Source of the DNA: a virus
Virus record (IMG/VR): IMGVR_UViG_3300025009_000054
Span: 1-64,000 of that record
DNA: 64,000 nucleotides
Strand: one strand, 5' to 3'
Made by a program: the position numbers and the translations under genes
Shown: positions 9,668 to 18,638 of the stretch, piece after piece
How the letters are laid out: each line of letters opens with the position of its first letter
Position numbering within the stretch: the first letter of the stretch is position 1
Notes under the pieces: model-generated
The model's database searches: none
Seen by the model: only the letters and a program-made list of their open reading frames with translations
Told to the model about the DNA's origin: nothing

Positions 9668-10432
9668 TTAATTCATTGTCCCACCAATGTCACTAAGCAT
9701 AGTTATGGTCGCGTCCATACGACTATATTCTTCGCCAAAGAAGGGTTCACCAGTAGCCCCATATTGTTCCAGTAGAGCTGCCATTTGATCATATCCATGG
9801 TCCTTTACAAATCCAAGGATCGCGCTACCAGCACCGAAGGCCGTATCAGGATTGCACCCATTCTTGAGCATTAGCTCTACCAGATCGTAGTTTAGCTTTA
9901 CGACTGCGGCATGGAATGAACTAATTCCGTCGTAGCGGCATTTATTGAAGTTGAACCCAGTTTCTACCAACCACTTAGCAATGTTCTTCCTATCCATGGC
10001 AGTTGCCAACATAAGAACGTTTGTACCATTCTCTTTTGTTAGATTGCGCAGATACGGCATAGTCTCAAACATCTTCTTGATTGTCTCGACATCATCATTG
10101 TGGAGAGCTTCGTCAAACACTCCTATTTCTGGTGTATCGCTTACAGTAGCATCAATGAAGTCGAATGCTGGCTTTTCACCAGTCTCATTGATCTGTTCGA
10201 CCATACGCGTACAGAAAGTGATAAGGTGTGCCTTATCATCGGGATTCTCAACCCGCTCCAATATCGGATTAATATCCTCCATTGTTATTGGACCGTCCTG
10301 TTTCACCCTTGCCATGACTTCTTGTAGAAGCGGTAGTGATTGAATATGCATTTTTACTACTGTGACGTTTTCCCCATCGACTGATGAGTTCTCTGTCTCT
10401 TTCTGTGATAGTTGAGGATTCTTTGATCCCAT
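9668..10432 (-). CDS. ankyrin-repeat protein
   Basis: NGTNVLMLATAMDRKNIAKWLVETG and DGISSFHAAVVKLNYDLVELMLKNGCNPD ankyrin-like repeats. Confidence 0.8.
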   Translation of the reverse strand: MGSKNPQLSQKETENSSVDGENVTVVKMHIQSLPLLQEVMARVKQDGPITMEDINPILERVENPDDKAHLITFCTRMVEQINETGEKPAFDFIDATVSDTPEIGVFDEALHNDDVETIKKMFETMPYLRNLTKENGTNVLMLATAMDRKNIAKWLVETGFNFNKCRYDGISSFHAAVVKLNYDLVELMLKNGCNPDTAFGAGSAILGFVKDHGYDQMAALLEQYGATGEPFFGEEYSRMDATITMLSDIGGTMN

Positions 10433-10665
10433 TACTCATGCCCTCCAGCTCATTATTTTCGCCAAAACTTACTATTACGTTACGCAAATAACCATACACA
10501 CGCACTATCGATTTCATAAATCTCACCGAGAGTGTATTTCTTTTGCTCATATCTATCTCCACACACAGAATTAGAGTGTAGACCCACATTGTGAAGAGGT
10601 GGGTCTTACACCGCTTCTCTCTGGAGGTAGAGACTTGTCAAACTTTTCTTCTCCAGAGACTGTAC

Positions 10666-11004
10666 CTAGTAGATTTCGCGCTTGTCAATGTCGGATTCCA
10701 TCGGTTCTTCACCAAGAATCGCCTTGACATCAATCATAGCACCATCTTCTAGCTCGTCAAAATGCTCCCTGATGTAGTCGTGAGCCGTGGTACGTGTTCG
10801 TGTATTGTCACCCCATTTGTAAGGATCATCTTGTACAGAGTTCATTTCCATGCAGATCATGTAGACTCCGCCATCACGACCCCATCCGGCTTTACCAAGG
10901 AGTTTATCTTCTCTACTCCCTAGTCTAGGATTAACCACCTTGATAGCCAATACTGGCATACAGGTCATATCATCCCTAACCTCAAAAATCTTTATCTCTT
11001 TCAT
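10666..11004 (-). CDS. hypothetical phage protein
   Basis: ORF track. Confidence 0.75.
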   Translation of the reverse strand: MKEIKIFEVRDDMTCMPVLAIKVVNPRLGSREDKLLGKAGWGRDGGVYMICMEMNSVQDDPYKWGDNTRTRTTAHDYIREHFDELEDGAMIDVKAILGEEPMESDIDKREIY

Positions 11005-11225
11005 TGGTTGTTGAACCCCAATTCCTTTGAGAGTCCAGGTGTCATACCGCCAAGAGATTTGAATTTCTCTTGAAAGTACTCATACAATCCCTCGTTCCTT
11101 GAATCGAAGATCGGGTGACCAATAGGAGCAAATCTCTGCAATCGACCCATATCATACTGAGTCATACCATCAATGCTCTTCTTATACTCCTCGATCTGCT
11201 CAGGCGTTAAAGGCTCTTTACTCAT
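11001..11225 (-). CDS. hypothetical phage protein
   Basis: ORF track; GGAGG RBS; first gene after promoter 11258. Confidence 0.75.
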   Translation of the reverse strand: MSKEPLTPEQIEEYKKSIDGMTQYDMGRLQRFAPIGHPIFDSRNEGLYEYFQEKFKSLGGMTPGLSKELGFNNQ

Positions 11226-11257
11226 TCTTACCTCCAGTAAGCGTGTTCGTTCCTAAG

Positions 11258-11290
11258 AGTGTAGACGCATAGCAAGAGCGAAACGGCGCT
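11258..11290 (-). promoter_or_regulatory. ECF-type promoter motif copy
   Basis: AGTGTAGACG-N17-GGCGCT. Confidence 0.72.
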
Positions 11291-11294
11291 CACT

Positions 11295-11615
11295 TTATAC
11301 GCGTTCCATTAGGACGGTGTACATGATAGTCTCGCTCTGTTTATTGATGAGGGTTGATGTGAATTTGCAGATGGAGTATCCGTCTTGCTTACTAGCCCAT
11401 TCTGCAAGAGCGTAGATATTTGATGTTTCATATCCTACGTACCTTGGAATAACTGGTGTTACTATTGTAGTAGCGGTCTTAGCTTTTGCATTACTGTACA
11501 TTCTACCATACCTTTCATGTATGTTTTTAGCCTTACCATCTTTAAAAACGATATCATGTCCTCTTAGTAGAGGAGTAGCCCCACTTTCGTGGGGCTTTAC
11601 CTTTTTGGTGGTCAC
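11295..11615 (-). CDS. hypothetical protein
   Basis: ORF track. Confidence 0.6.
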   Translation of the reverse strand: MTTKKVKPHESGATPLLRGHDIVFKDGKAKNIHERYGRMYSNAKAKTATTIVTPVIPRYVGYETSNIYALAEWASKQDGYSICKFTSTLINKQSETIMYTVLMERV

Positions 11616-11839
11616 TAGCAGCTACCATCACATTCATGCCCACAATCACCGCTACACTTATGAGGTTTGGCATCTGGATTGAGTTGTGGAATAGTCGTAC
11701 CAAACCAAATACCCAGTATCGATCCCATCATAAGGAGTGAACAACCATCATCTATTCGACCATGATTGCACCAGTACATTCCAAGACTGTCGGCCATTAT
11801 AGCCGCGAAGAAGATCATAAACCTATTTAATTTTTGCAT
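11615..11839 (-). CDS. small membrane protein with Cys/His tail
   Basis: Start MQKLNR directly after the promoter and GGAGG; two hydrophobic stretches. Confidence 0.65.
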   Translation of the reverse strand: MQKLNRFMIFFAAIMADSLGMYWCNHGRIDDGCSLLMMGSILGIWFGTTIPQLNPDAKPHKCSGDCGHECDGSC

Positions 11840-11852
11840 TTCCACCTCCAAG

Positions 11853-11885
11853 AGTGTAGACGTTCGGTTCAAGCCAGATGGTGCC
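11853..11885 (-). promoter_or_regulatory. ECF-type promoter motif copy
   Basis: Minus strand TTGGCACC-N17-CGTCTACACTCTTGGAGGTGGAAATG. Confidence 0.82.
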
Positions 11886-11899
11886 AATTCGCGTCACCA

Positions 11900-12091
11900 C
11901 TAGCGCGTGATGATGTCCAATTCGTAGTAATACGTGGCTAACCACCACATTGCTATTGGCCAGATAACTGCCATTGTACCCGATACACCTGCCATTGCCC
12001 ATCTTTTTCTTCGTACTCCGACGATCGCACACCATACCATGAAAATCAATACGGCTATCGATGCTACTGCAAAAACTATTGCTTTTGTCAT
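11900..12091 (-). CDS. small two-TM membrane protein
   Basis: Start MTKAIVF after GGAGG. Confidence 0.7.
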   Translation of the reverse strand: MTKAIVFAVASIAVLIFMVWCAIVGVRRKRWAMAGVSGTMAVIWPIAMWWLATYYYELDIITR

Positions 12092-12143
12092 TTCCTTTAC
12101 CTCCAAAATTGTAGGGGTGGCCGATGCCACCCCCATTTTCATT

Positions 12144-12371
12144 TTAGAACCTGCTGTGCCACATCTTGAGGATATCTCCCTTTTTGAGGTTGAGCACCTC
12201 GCCATCGCTCTCGTCAACGAAAGTGTGGTTTTCTTCAAGGACTACAGTACCAAGCTGGTTGATGTCCTTGCCTTCTCTCTTCGCGGCTTCGTGCATGCAA
12301 GCCGCGTGCCACAGTGACCATCTTAGTTCTAGTGGCTCTCCATCTCGTATGATTTGTGTTGATAACGGCAT
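12144..12371 (-). CDS. hypothetical protein
   Basis: Start MPLSTQ directly after the promoter and GGAGG. Confidence 0.7.
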   Translation of the reverse strand: MPLSTQIIRDGEPLELRWSLWHAACMHEAAKREGKDINQLGTVVLEENHTFVDESDGEVLNLKKGDILKMWHSRF

Positions 12372-12387
12372 TGTTTCCACCTCCAAG

Positions 12388-12420
12388 AGTGTAGACGTTC
12401 AGTTGGGGTCGAGTGGCGCC
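12388..12420 (-). promoter_or_regulatory. ECF-type promoter motif copy
   Basis: AGTGTAGACG-N17-GGCGCC. Confidence 0.8.
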
Positions 12421-12478
12421 AACTCTCTCCGCTTGGTTGCGGAGGGGGCCGCTGGTTCCGGCCCCCTCCCTTGGCTGT

Positions 12479-13090
12479 CTAGCCTGCTTGCTTGTGTGGA
12501 CAGTACCCGAATAGGCCAATTGAACAATTGCAATTCCAACACAATACCCTGAACTCCGATGGATACCCATTCTTTATTAGCCAACGATAGAATATCGCGC
12601 CACTTTTGCCACCAAAATCTTTATCTCTATGCGCTCTACCGCCACCGTTGGTATGGTCGATATTTAGAAATTCATGTCTACTCTCACCACAACACTCACA
12701 CCTACCACCGTAGTGGTCGATAACTTTCTGTTTTAAAGCTCTATATCTTAGTCTCTTCTTTTCTAAACACATTGAACACATACCAGACCCATGCTGAGCC
12801 GACCTAATCCTACAATAGGAGCAGAGATCGTTGTCCTTAGCATTGGAGGTTCTATTTCGTTCTATACTACGACACTCTGGGCACCATATTCCAGGTATGT
12901 TAACTGTAGTCTTTCCGCATTCAACGCAAAGAGACGTCGCTTTACGTTTCATTCGACGATTGGCATGATTTAGGCGTTCATTCTCCAAACATAAGCTACA
13001 CGATTTATGTTTGCCATCAGGAGCATTTTTCCCACATCTAACACAAACACCTAAAGCTATTCTATTATCGATAGTATTCTGACAAGGCAT
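12479..13090 (-). CDS. HNH endonuclease-like protein with repeated CxxC Zn motifs
   Basis: CECCGESRHEFLNIDH...LCWNCN; three N-terminal CxxC...CxxC units. Confidence 0.8.
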   Translation of the reverse strand: MPCQNTIDNRIALGVCVRCGKNAPDGKHKSCSLCLENERLNHANRRMKRKATSLCVECGKTTVNIPGIWCPECRSIERNRTSNAKDNDLCSYCRIRSAQHGSGMCSMCLEKKRLRYRALKQKVIDHYGGRCECCGESRHEFLNIDHTNGGGRAHRDKDFGGKSGAIFYRWLIKNGYPSEFRVLCWNCNCSIGLFGYCPHKQAG

Positions 13091-13132
13091 TATGCCCTCC
13101 TATGCGCCACGCTTACTCACATAGTAGAGCTG

Positions 13133-13170
13133 GAACACGGGGAGGAGCTGGTCTCATCCTCCCCGTGTTC
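13133..13170 (-). terminator. stem-loop downstream of MucR-like gene
   Basis: GAACACGGGGAGGA...TCCTCCCCGTGTTC inverted repeat. Confidence 0.55.
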
Positions 13171-13176
13171 AAAGGG

Positions 13177-13482
13177 CTAGCTAGCCCTTTTGCTTTCTCG
13201 CGTTGCCTCTCCGCCCTTCGCCCCTGCCTTGACGAAGCGTGCGCGGAGTGCCTCGCTGACGAGGTTCGCTGTGCCGAGCTCCAGCCCTGCGGCTTCCTCG
13301 TACCCTGCCGCGTCCAGCGCGTGGGCTGTGCGAAGGTGGCTGACGAGGCTGTGGGCTGTGTGACCGCACAGAGCGCACGAGACGCCCTCGCCCTCCAGCG
13401 TGTAGCCTCGCTTCGCGGCTCTCCTCGCGCTTGCTCTCGCTGCTGCTCTTGCCTTCTGCTCTACTGTCTGCTCTGTTACCAT
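13177..13482 (-). CDS. Ros/MucR-like zinc-finger protein (paralogue 2)
   Basis: CALCGHTAHSLVSHLRTAHALDAAGYEEAAGL; start MVTEQ after GGAGG. Confidence 0.75.
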   Translation of the reverse strand: MVTEQTVEQKARAAARASARRAAKRGYTLEGEGVSCALCGHTAHSLVSHLRTAHALDAAGYEEAAGLELGTANLVSEALRARFVKAGAKGGEATRESKRAS

Positions 13483-13526
13483 TGGTCGTGTCCTCCTGCT
13501 TCGTTTTGGGCGTTTCCGCCTCCAAG

Positions 13527-13559
13527 AGTGTAGACGTCCTGCGCTCCCCACGTGGTGCC
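13527..13559 (-). promoter_or_regulatory. ECF-type promoter motif copy
   Basis: AGTGTAGACG-N17-GGTGCC. Confidence 0.8.
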
Positions 13560-13608
13560 AATCGCGGCGCATCCTCCGTGGTGGTCGCTTGCTCCGTCCA
13601 CCTCCAAG

Positions 13609-13641
13609 AGTGTAGACGTCTGCCGATATCTAGGTGGTGCC
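13609..13641 (-). promoter_or_regulatory. ECF-type promoter motif copy (tandem with 13527)
   Basis: AGTGTAGACG-N17-GGTGCC. Confidence 0.8.
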
Positions 13642-13886
13642 AATATCCGAGGGGTACTCCAGATATACCCCTATGGGAATATATACTAATAGTATAGACG
13701 TATGGTATATCCCGAATGGGGATAATATGGGTATATAGGGATATCTGACGACTTTTCAGTCGTCATGTCGTCATATACGTCATATATGGGATATACTATA
13801 TGGTGGGATGTGCTTAAGGTATGTGGGGTAGCTATTTGTTGGAGTGGGCGGGGTGGTTAGCCCCGCCCGATTCGCTGTGTGGTTGA

Positions 13887-14216
13887 CTATCCGTTGGCTG
13901 ATTGGGCTGCTTTCTTCTCGGCTAGCTTGGCTGCTCCCTTGGCCCCTGCCTCCTTGAATCTCGCCTGGAGTGACGGGCTGATCACAACTGCCGTACCTAG
14001 CGCGAGTCCTGCAGCTTCTTCATATGCTGTTAGGTCCATTGCGTGCGCACTCTTGATGTGCGTTACTAGACTGTGTGCTTCGTATTCGCAAAGTGCGCAC
14101 TTGATCGTATCTGCTCCGAGCTGGTAGCCTCGCTGGGCTGCTCTGCGTGCTGCTGCTCTGGTCTTGCTTCGCTGTTCCTGTGCGATCTGCTCTGCTGTCT
14201 TTGTTGTGTTTGCCAT
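13887..14216 (-). CDS. Ros/MucR-like zinc-finger protein (paralogue 3)
   Basis: CALCEYEAHSLVTHIKSAHAMDLTAYEEAAGL. Confidence 0.75.
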   Translation of the reverse strand: MANTTKTAEQIAQEQRSKTRAAARRAAQRGYQLGADTIKCALCEYEAHSLVTHIKSAHAMDLTAYEEAAGLALGTAVVISPSLQARFKEAGAKGAAKLAEKKAAQSANG

Positions 14217-14281
14217 TTTCGTGTTCCTCCACTTTCTTATTTGCCTAGGTACGGGTCGCGCTGTGCGCTCCCGCCCACAAG

Positions 14282-14314
14282 AGTGTAGACGCCTGGCCCC
14301 GGTTGGGCGGTGCC
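14282..14314 (-). promoter_or_regulatory. ECF-type promoter motif copy
   Basis: AGTGTAGACG-N17-GGTGCC. Confidence 0.8.
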
Positions 14315-14322
14315 GATTCCAG

Positions 14323-14529
14323 CTATATCAGAGTTTCGATCTCAAGCTGGAGATTATATAGCAATGATCCAATCTCCTCCAGCCTCTTTATCTGTCTATC
14401 CATCTTATTTTTATCACAGACTGCCCGATCTAGTCCTCGATTTAGTGCACGTACCAATCCTTCTGCCTGTGCTGTCGCTGTCTTAGCTGCATCTTCTAAT
14501 TCGTACGCGCACCTTATGTTTTTATCCAT
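14323..14529 (-). CDS. small coiled-coil protein
   Basis: ORF track; GGAGG RBS. Confidence 0.65.
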   Translation of the reverse strand: MDKNIRCAYELEDAAKTATAQAEGLVRALNRGLDRAVCDKNKMDRQIKRLEEIGSLLYNLQLEIETLI

Positions 14530-14580
14530 TTATACCTCCTCCACTACGCTTAATTTGATCGCACATTGTTCACCTCCAAG

Positions 14581-14613
14581 AGTGTAGACGTCTGGTGCCG
14601 GATAAACGGTGCT
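14581..14613 (-). promoter_or_regulatory. ECF-type promoter motif copy
   Basis: AGTGTAGACG-N17-GGTGCT. Confidence 0.78.
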
Positions 14614-14784
14614 AATATGGCATATCCTATATCGTTATATGGCATGACGGCTGGAAAGTCGTTATGTCACGTGACGACCAAACTATTAGGCTACGCTTAT
14701 ATATCTTAATTATTTATTATATGGGATGTAATTGGGGATAAAAGTGGGCTGGCTTTTGACCAGCCCTAGTGGAGGTTCGCGCTT

Positions 14785-15171
14785 TTAGGAATTTAATCTT
14801 TTAATGAAGAGATCGCGCAGTTTTTCTTCATCTGTACATTCTGCACCTTCATAGATAACAACTGCACCATGTGGTATGTCATCACCGTATGGTTCGATAT
14901 AGGCAGCGTGTCGACCAGGTTTAACCGCGTCAAATACAAGGCCACGAATTATTCTCACTAACATAGCGTGATCTTTAATACCCGCACCATCATTTATCCA
15001 ACCGACAAAGTCAATATCAATTTTACGGTTCTCACACTCGTCATTATGGCACGTCATAATGAACCTCTCATATATTGGATCGTTACTCTTATCTCTTCTA
15101 CTAGACATTTTATCACACATCATGCATGATCTTGGATCGCGCACCTCTTCTGGTAAAATATCCTTACTCAT
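14785..15171 (-). CDS. hypothetical protein, Zn-ribbon-like
   Basis: Start MSKDIL; CMMC...CHNDEC. Confidence 0.65.
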   Translation of the reverse strand: MSKDILPEEVRDPRSCMMCDKMSSRRDKSNDPIYERFIMTCHNDECENRKIDIDFVGWINDGAGIKDHAMLVRIIRGLVFDAVKPGRHAAYIEPYGDDIPHGAVVIYEGAECTDEEKLRDLFIKRLNS

Positions 15172-15662
15172 TTTGTCTCCTCCGGCCACAGTACCCAATA
15201 CGCATCCATCATCTTGATGATGAAATTACCTATCTCAACGACGGTTTTGAATCCGCGCCACCTACTGGTATTCTCACTCATCGCATCTTCTATATCGTTA
15301 TCAATAATCTTACCAAGCCACAACTTTAGAGCTAACTTATCACCATCTGTCAACCGATGGAACCATGTACCATCCTTATTGATTGTCCATTTAATACGAA
15401 TGATGTCAGGTGATGTGCTATCGTTAGAATAATTGGCATCGTTGATAACCTCTGCCAGAACGTGGATAGCCTGTTTCCTTTTCAAGGAATCAACGTCCTC
15501 TATCACTCCAGGCTCAGTATCGCATTCCAATAAAAGACCCCGTTCCTTGTACAACTCAGGATTTCTCTCAGCAGCGTCGATATAGCTGGTGAGCGGCACC
15601 CAGCTATGATCTTTATAGAATATGCCCCTCAATTCCCTTATTGAAACTATCAAACACTTCAT
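15168..15662 (-). CDS. hypothetical protein
   Basis: ORF track; GGAGG RBS. Confidence 0.7.
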   Translation of the reverse strand: MKCLIVSIRELRGIFYKDHSWVPLTSYIDAAERNPELYKERGLLLECDTEPGVIEDVDSLKRKQAIHVLAEVINDANYSNDSTSPDIIRIKWTINKDGTWFHRLTDGDKLALKLWLGKIIDNDIEDAMSENTSRWRGFKTVVEIGNFIIKMMDAYWVLWPEETK

Positions 15663-15707
15663 ATCCTACCTCCAAAATTGTTGTGGGAGCCGTTTTGCTC
15701 CTCCAAA

Positions 15708-15740
15708 AGTGTAGACGTACGGTGAAGCTAGAGCGGTGCC
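15708..15740 (-). promoter_or_regulatory. ECF-type promoter motif copy
   Basis: AGTGTAGACG-N17-GGTGCC. Confidence 0.8.
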
Positions 15741-15757
15741 AGTCTCGTTTTTACTAC

Positions 15758-16864
15758 CTACGCGGCATGTATGAAATCCGCCCTTATGTCCACACCGATT
15801 CCATTGCTAGGATGGTCAAGATGGATGGTCATCTTACTAAACTGTGTCGGATCCGCCCACGTAGTGAGACAAGGCTGTACAGTCTGTCCAAGTTTGAGAA
15901 ATCCCTTAGCTCTCCAGTATGGTATATTTGATTTTGATATGGACAGTGGTATCGCTCGGTAGTAAACACGGTTACTAGCAAACCCTTCCGGTATTCCAGG
16001 CACTTGTGGAGCAAAGTTCATCTGTACAAAATCTTTATCCATTCCCTTCGGGAGTATCACGAGCCCAACACGCTCTCTCGCAAGTGTCACACTGAAATAC
16101 ATGGCTATCAAGTCATTTATCCTAGACTGTGGAAAATCCGGGTAGATTCTCTCATATTTCCCTTTGTAGAAATCCCTCTGCTCTTTTGGTACGACTCCAA
16201 TCCAGCCCATCCTAAGGAGCTCTTGGTACGCATCGGAGTGATACGCTGAACCCACTCCATTTATATCTGTGTATCTGAGGTAATCCGCCATCACTGGAAA
16301 TATTTGGGCTACACAATTCATATACGCGCTCTCAGTGGTGACCATGCTCTCTCTTATCGGATGAATTATCTGCCCATAACCAAGCACATTGCACAAATTC
16401 TGGTAGTCTGAAATATACTTCTCAATGTCTTGCCTAATCTCTACTTCATGTGCTTCGAGCGCGTACCCTGTCAAATCTTCTAGTCTGACATAGAATTTGC
16501 ATCCTGGTGGGTAGACCTCAGACACTCTGTTGTGCATACACATCATCATGCGCATAGCATACAGTTCTGCAAGGTCTATCGATTCTCCACTATGCGGTTT
16601 CTTCGGTCCAGACGGTACAAGAATTGGTATAGGGCTGTTCTTTTGTACATTAGCGCGGACGATTCTGTGGAGACGATCAAATGTGGCCTCATTAGGTCTA
16701 GGACCAAATCTTACCTGACCAGTACCAATGAGTTCGTTAACTATGAGCGTATAGATAGAGCTACCAGTACTAGTGACTGGCAGTATTATCTCACTCTCGA
16801 TCTGAGCGATGATACCACTGTGATACTGTGGAATTTCGGTGTTGCATGTAGCGATTGTTGCCAT
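15758..16864 (-). CDS. Dit1/PvcA (isocyanide synthase)-like protein
   Basis: PIPILVPSGPKK...DLAELYAM...RVSEVYPPGCKFYVRLED resembles the PvcA pattern PI.FVLP.FP.K...D.AE..AL...I..IYPPGA. Confidence 0.55.
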   Translation of the reverse strand: MATIATCNTEIPQYHSGIIAQIESEIILPVTSTGSSIYTLIVNELIGTGQVRFGPRPNEATFDRLHRIVRANVQKNSPIPILVPSGPKKPHSGESIDLAELYAMRMMMCMHNRVSEVYPPGCKFYVRLEDLTGYALEAHEVEIRQDIEKYISDYQNLCNVLGYGQIIHPIRESMVTTESAYMNCVAQIFPVMADYLRYTDINGVGSAYHSDAYQELLRMGWIGVVPKEQRDFYKGKYERIYPDFPQSRINDLIAMYFSVTLARERVGLVILPKGMDKDFVQMNFAPQVPGIPEGFASNRVYYRAIPLSISKSNIPYWRAKGFLKLGQTVQPCLTTWADPTQFSKMTIHLDHPSNGIGVDIRADFIHAA

Positions 16865-16912
16865 CTTCGTACATACCTCCATGTAGGTCAAGAGCCGTTT
16901 GCTCTTGCTACG

Positions 16913-16945
16913 AGTGTAGACGTACGGTGAGAAACAAATGGTGTC
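16913..16945 (-). promoter_or_regulatory. ECF-type promoter motif copy
   Basis: AGTGTAGACG-N17-GGTGTC. Confidence 0.75.
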
Positions 16946-17009
16946 GACTTTGCCGAGAGGAGCTTTGGGGAGTGACGGGGGTCATTATCACTCCCCAACT
17001 AGCACTATC

Positions 17010-17408
17010 TTATGCCGCTTTAGTCGTAGTGCCTGGTTTGCCAGCGTTGTCGGGATCCTGTGCGGCTTCTTCCTCTGCAAGCTTCTCAAGTCGCTCCTTT
17101 TCCCTTTTCGCGGCCAATGCATCAGCACCACGCTTACCGGCCTCTTTGAATTTCACTTGAAGTGCGTCACTAACGAGCTTCGCCGAACCTACTGGAAGGT
17201 CCAATTCGTTTTCATATCCAGTGGCATCAAGTCCGTGTGCCTGCTTGATATGTGTTACTAGACTGTGTGCCTTAAATCTGCACAACCCGCACTCTACGGG
17301 TTCTCCATCAAGGATTCCACCACGCTTGGCCTGTCGGCGAATGCGTGCACGCTCGATCTTTCGAGCCTCTTCATCTGTAATTGTCTTACCGTTTACTTGA
17401 GCTGACAT
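17010..17408 (-). CDS. Ros/MucR-like zinc-finger protein (paralogue 4)
   Basis: CGLCRFKAHSLVTHIKQAHGLDATGYENELDL. Confidence 0.75.
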   Translation of the reverse strand: MSAQVNGKTITDEEARKIERARIRRQAKRGGILDGEPVECGLCRFKAHSLVTHIKQAHGLDATGYENELDLPVGSAKLVSDALQVKFKEAGKRGADALAAKREKERLEKLAEEEAAQDPDNAGKPGTTTKAA

Positions 17409-17479
17409 TGTTTTTCTCCCATTCTTTAGTTAAAGCGTTCTATTGGGGATGAAATACCCCATCCCCAACCATGAGCGGT

Positions 17480-18118
17480 CTACGCCGCTTTCCCATGATC
17501 TTTCCTTGCAGTCGTCCTTGCATCTTGGGGACCATGTCGGTCCTCATTCTCATGTACGCTGGGATCGTGGGGGCCACGCTCATGTTCGCGCTTCTCAGCT
17601 TCGTCAGCTATTTCTGCGCGGATAACTCCACCTTGATGCCCACTCTCTTTGAATTTTGGCATCAGGTCCGGAGTGACCATCCAAGATCCACCTGGCTCCA
17701 GGCCAAGTTCCTTCTCATATTCCTCTGCAGTCAAGCCGTGTGCCTGGTGAATGTGGGTACTAAGTGCTAGTCCCTTCCATCCGCATAAACCACACTTAAC
17801 TTCCTGCATACCACCCTGGGTTCCGGGTTCCTCATAGACACCACCAGCTTGCGGCTGTCGTCTGGATTCTCTTCTACGAACTCTAGTATTATCTCCAGCT
17901 ATTTCCGCATCGGTGGACCTTGAAATAACTCCACCCTCGACCGATCGGGCTTTCCCAGTCTCGTAGGGAGCAGTAGACTCTTCCTCAGCGTGTTCACGCG
18001 AGGCTTGCGCCATCTGTTCTCCCTGCTCTCGGAACGCTGCATCGCCACGTTTTACTGACTCTGCAGTAGCCGCTCGGAATCGCTGTTCCTCTTGTTCGTC
18101 GTACTTCTCGTTAGCCAT
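17480..18118 (-). CDS. Ros/MucR-like zinc-finger protein with long charged extensions (paralogue 5)
   Basis: CGLCGWKGLALSTHIHQAHGLTAEEYEKELGL. Confidence 0.75.
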   Translation of the reverse strand: MANEKYDEQEEQRFRAATAESVKRGDAAFREQGEQMAQASREHAEEESTAPYETGKARSVEGGVISRSTDAEIAGDNTRVRRRESRRQPQAGGVYEEPGTQGGMQEVKCGLCGWKGLALSTHIHQAHGLTAEEYEKELGLEPGGSWMVTPDLMPKFKESGHQGGVIRAEIADEAEKREHERGPHDPSVHENEDRHGPQDARTTARKDHGKAA

Positions 18119-18175
18119 GGCATTTCCTCCTTATGGTATTGCAACGGACCATAGGAGCCCACACCTGCTTCCAAG

Positions 18176-18208
18176 AGTGTAGACGCACGACACGCGACGA
18201 ACGCTGTT
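18176..18208 (-). promoter_or_regulatory. ECF-type promoter motif copy (degenerate -35)
   Basis: AGTGTAGACG-N17-GCTGTT. Confidence 0.65.
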
Positions 18209-18427
18209 AACGTTCATTCCAGCTAGAACTTGACTAGCTGGTATAGGACCACTGAGGCTGGTAATACCAGCAATGGCGTGTCCCAATGGTCCTATATCAG
18301 CCAGCTTTATCGTGGGCTGGTCATCTTTCAACAACCAGCCCACGTTCAGTGGAGGTTCGCGACAGATGGCAACTGTCGATTTCGCGCTGACACGCGAACT
18401 TGTTCCGCCCTCCACATGCGGCAAACT

Positions 18428-18631
18428 TTACCCTTTTGGCTTCACACGATAGACGTTCAGGCCTACTTTGATTCCCTTGAGTCCTGGTATTGCTGCACCA
18501 GGAGTCTTAGCTATCATGTCGTTACCTGAGCTGGTCTTGCCAGCGTCGTTCGTAAGGTCTACCCTAAGGATAAGCTCATCGCCGTCAACTTCGGCGGTAA
18601 TTCCATCCGCGATTATCATTTTATCGGGCAT
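18428..18631 (-). CDS. small beta-rich hypothetical protein
   Basis: ELILRVDLT...KTSSG...KVGLNVY pattern. Confidence 0.7.
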   Translation of the reverse strand: MPDKMIIADGITAEVDGDELILRVDLTNDAGKTSSGNDMIAKTPGAAIPGLKGIKVGLNVYRVKPKG

Positions 18632-18638
18632 ATCTAAA

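Noticed and set aside
10575-10607. Additional promoter copy
   Set aside because: The -10 is TAGACC rather than TAGACG, the -35 is poor, and the site folds into a hairpin, so it was not counted among the 19.
11853-11888. TTGGCAC as a sigma-54 -24 element
   Set aside because: No TTGC at the required -12 spacing; the conserved partner element is CGTCTA, 17 nt away.
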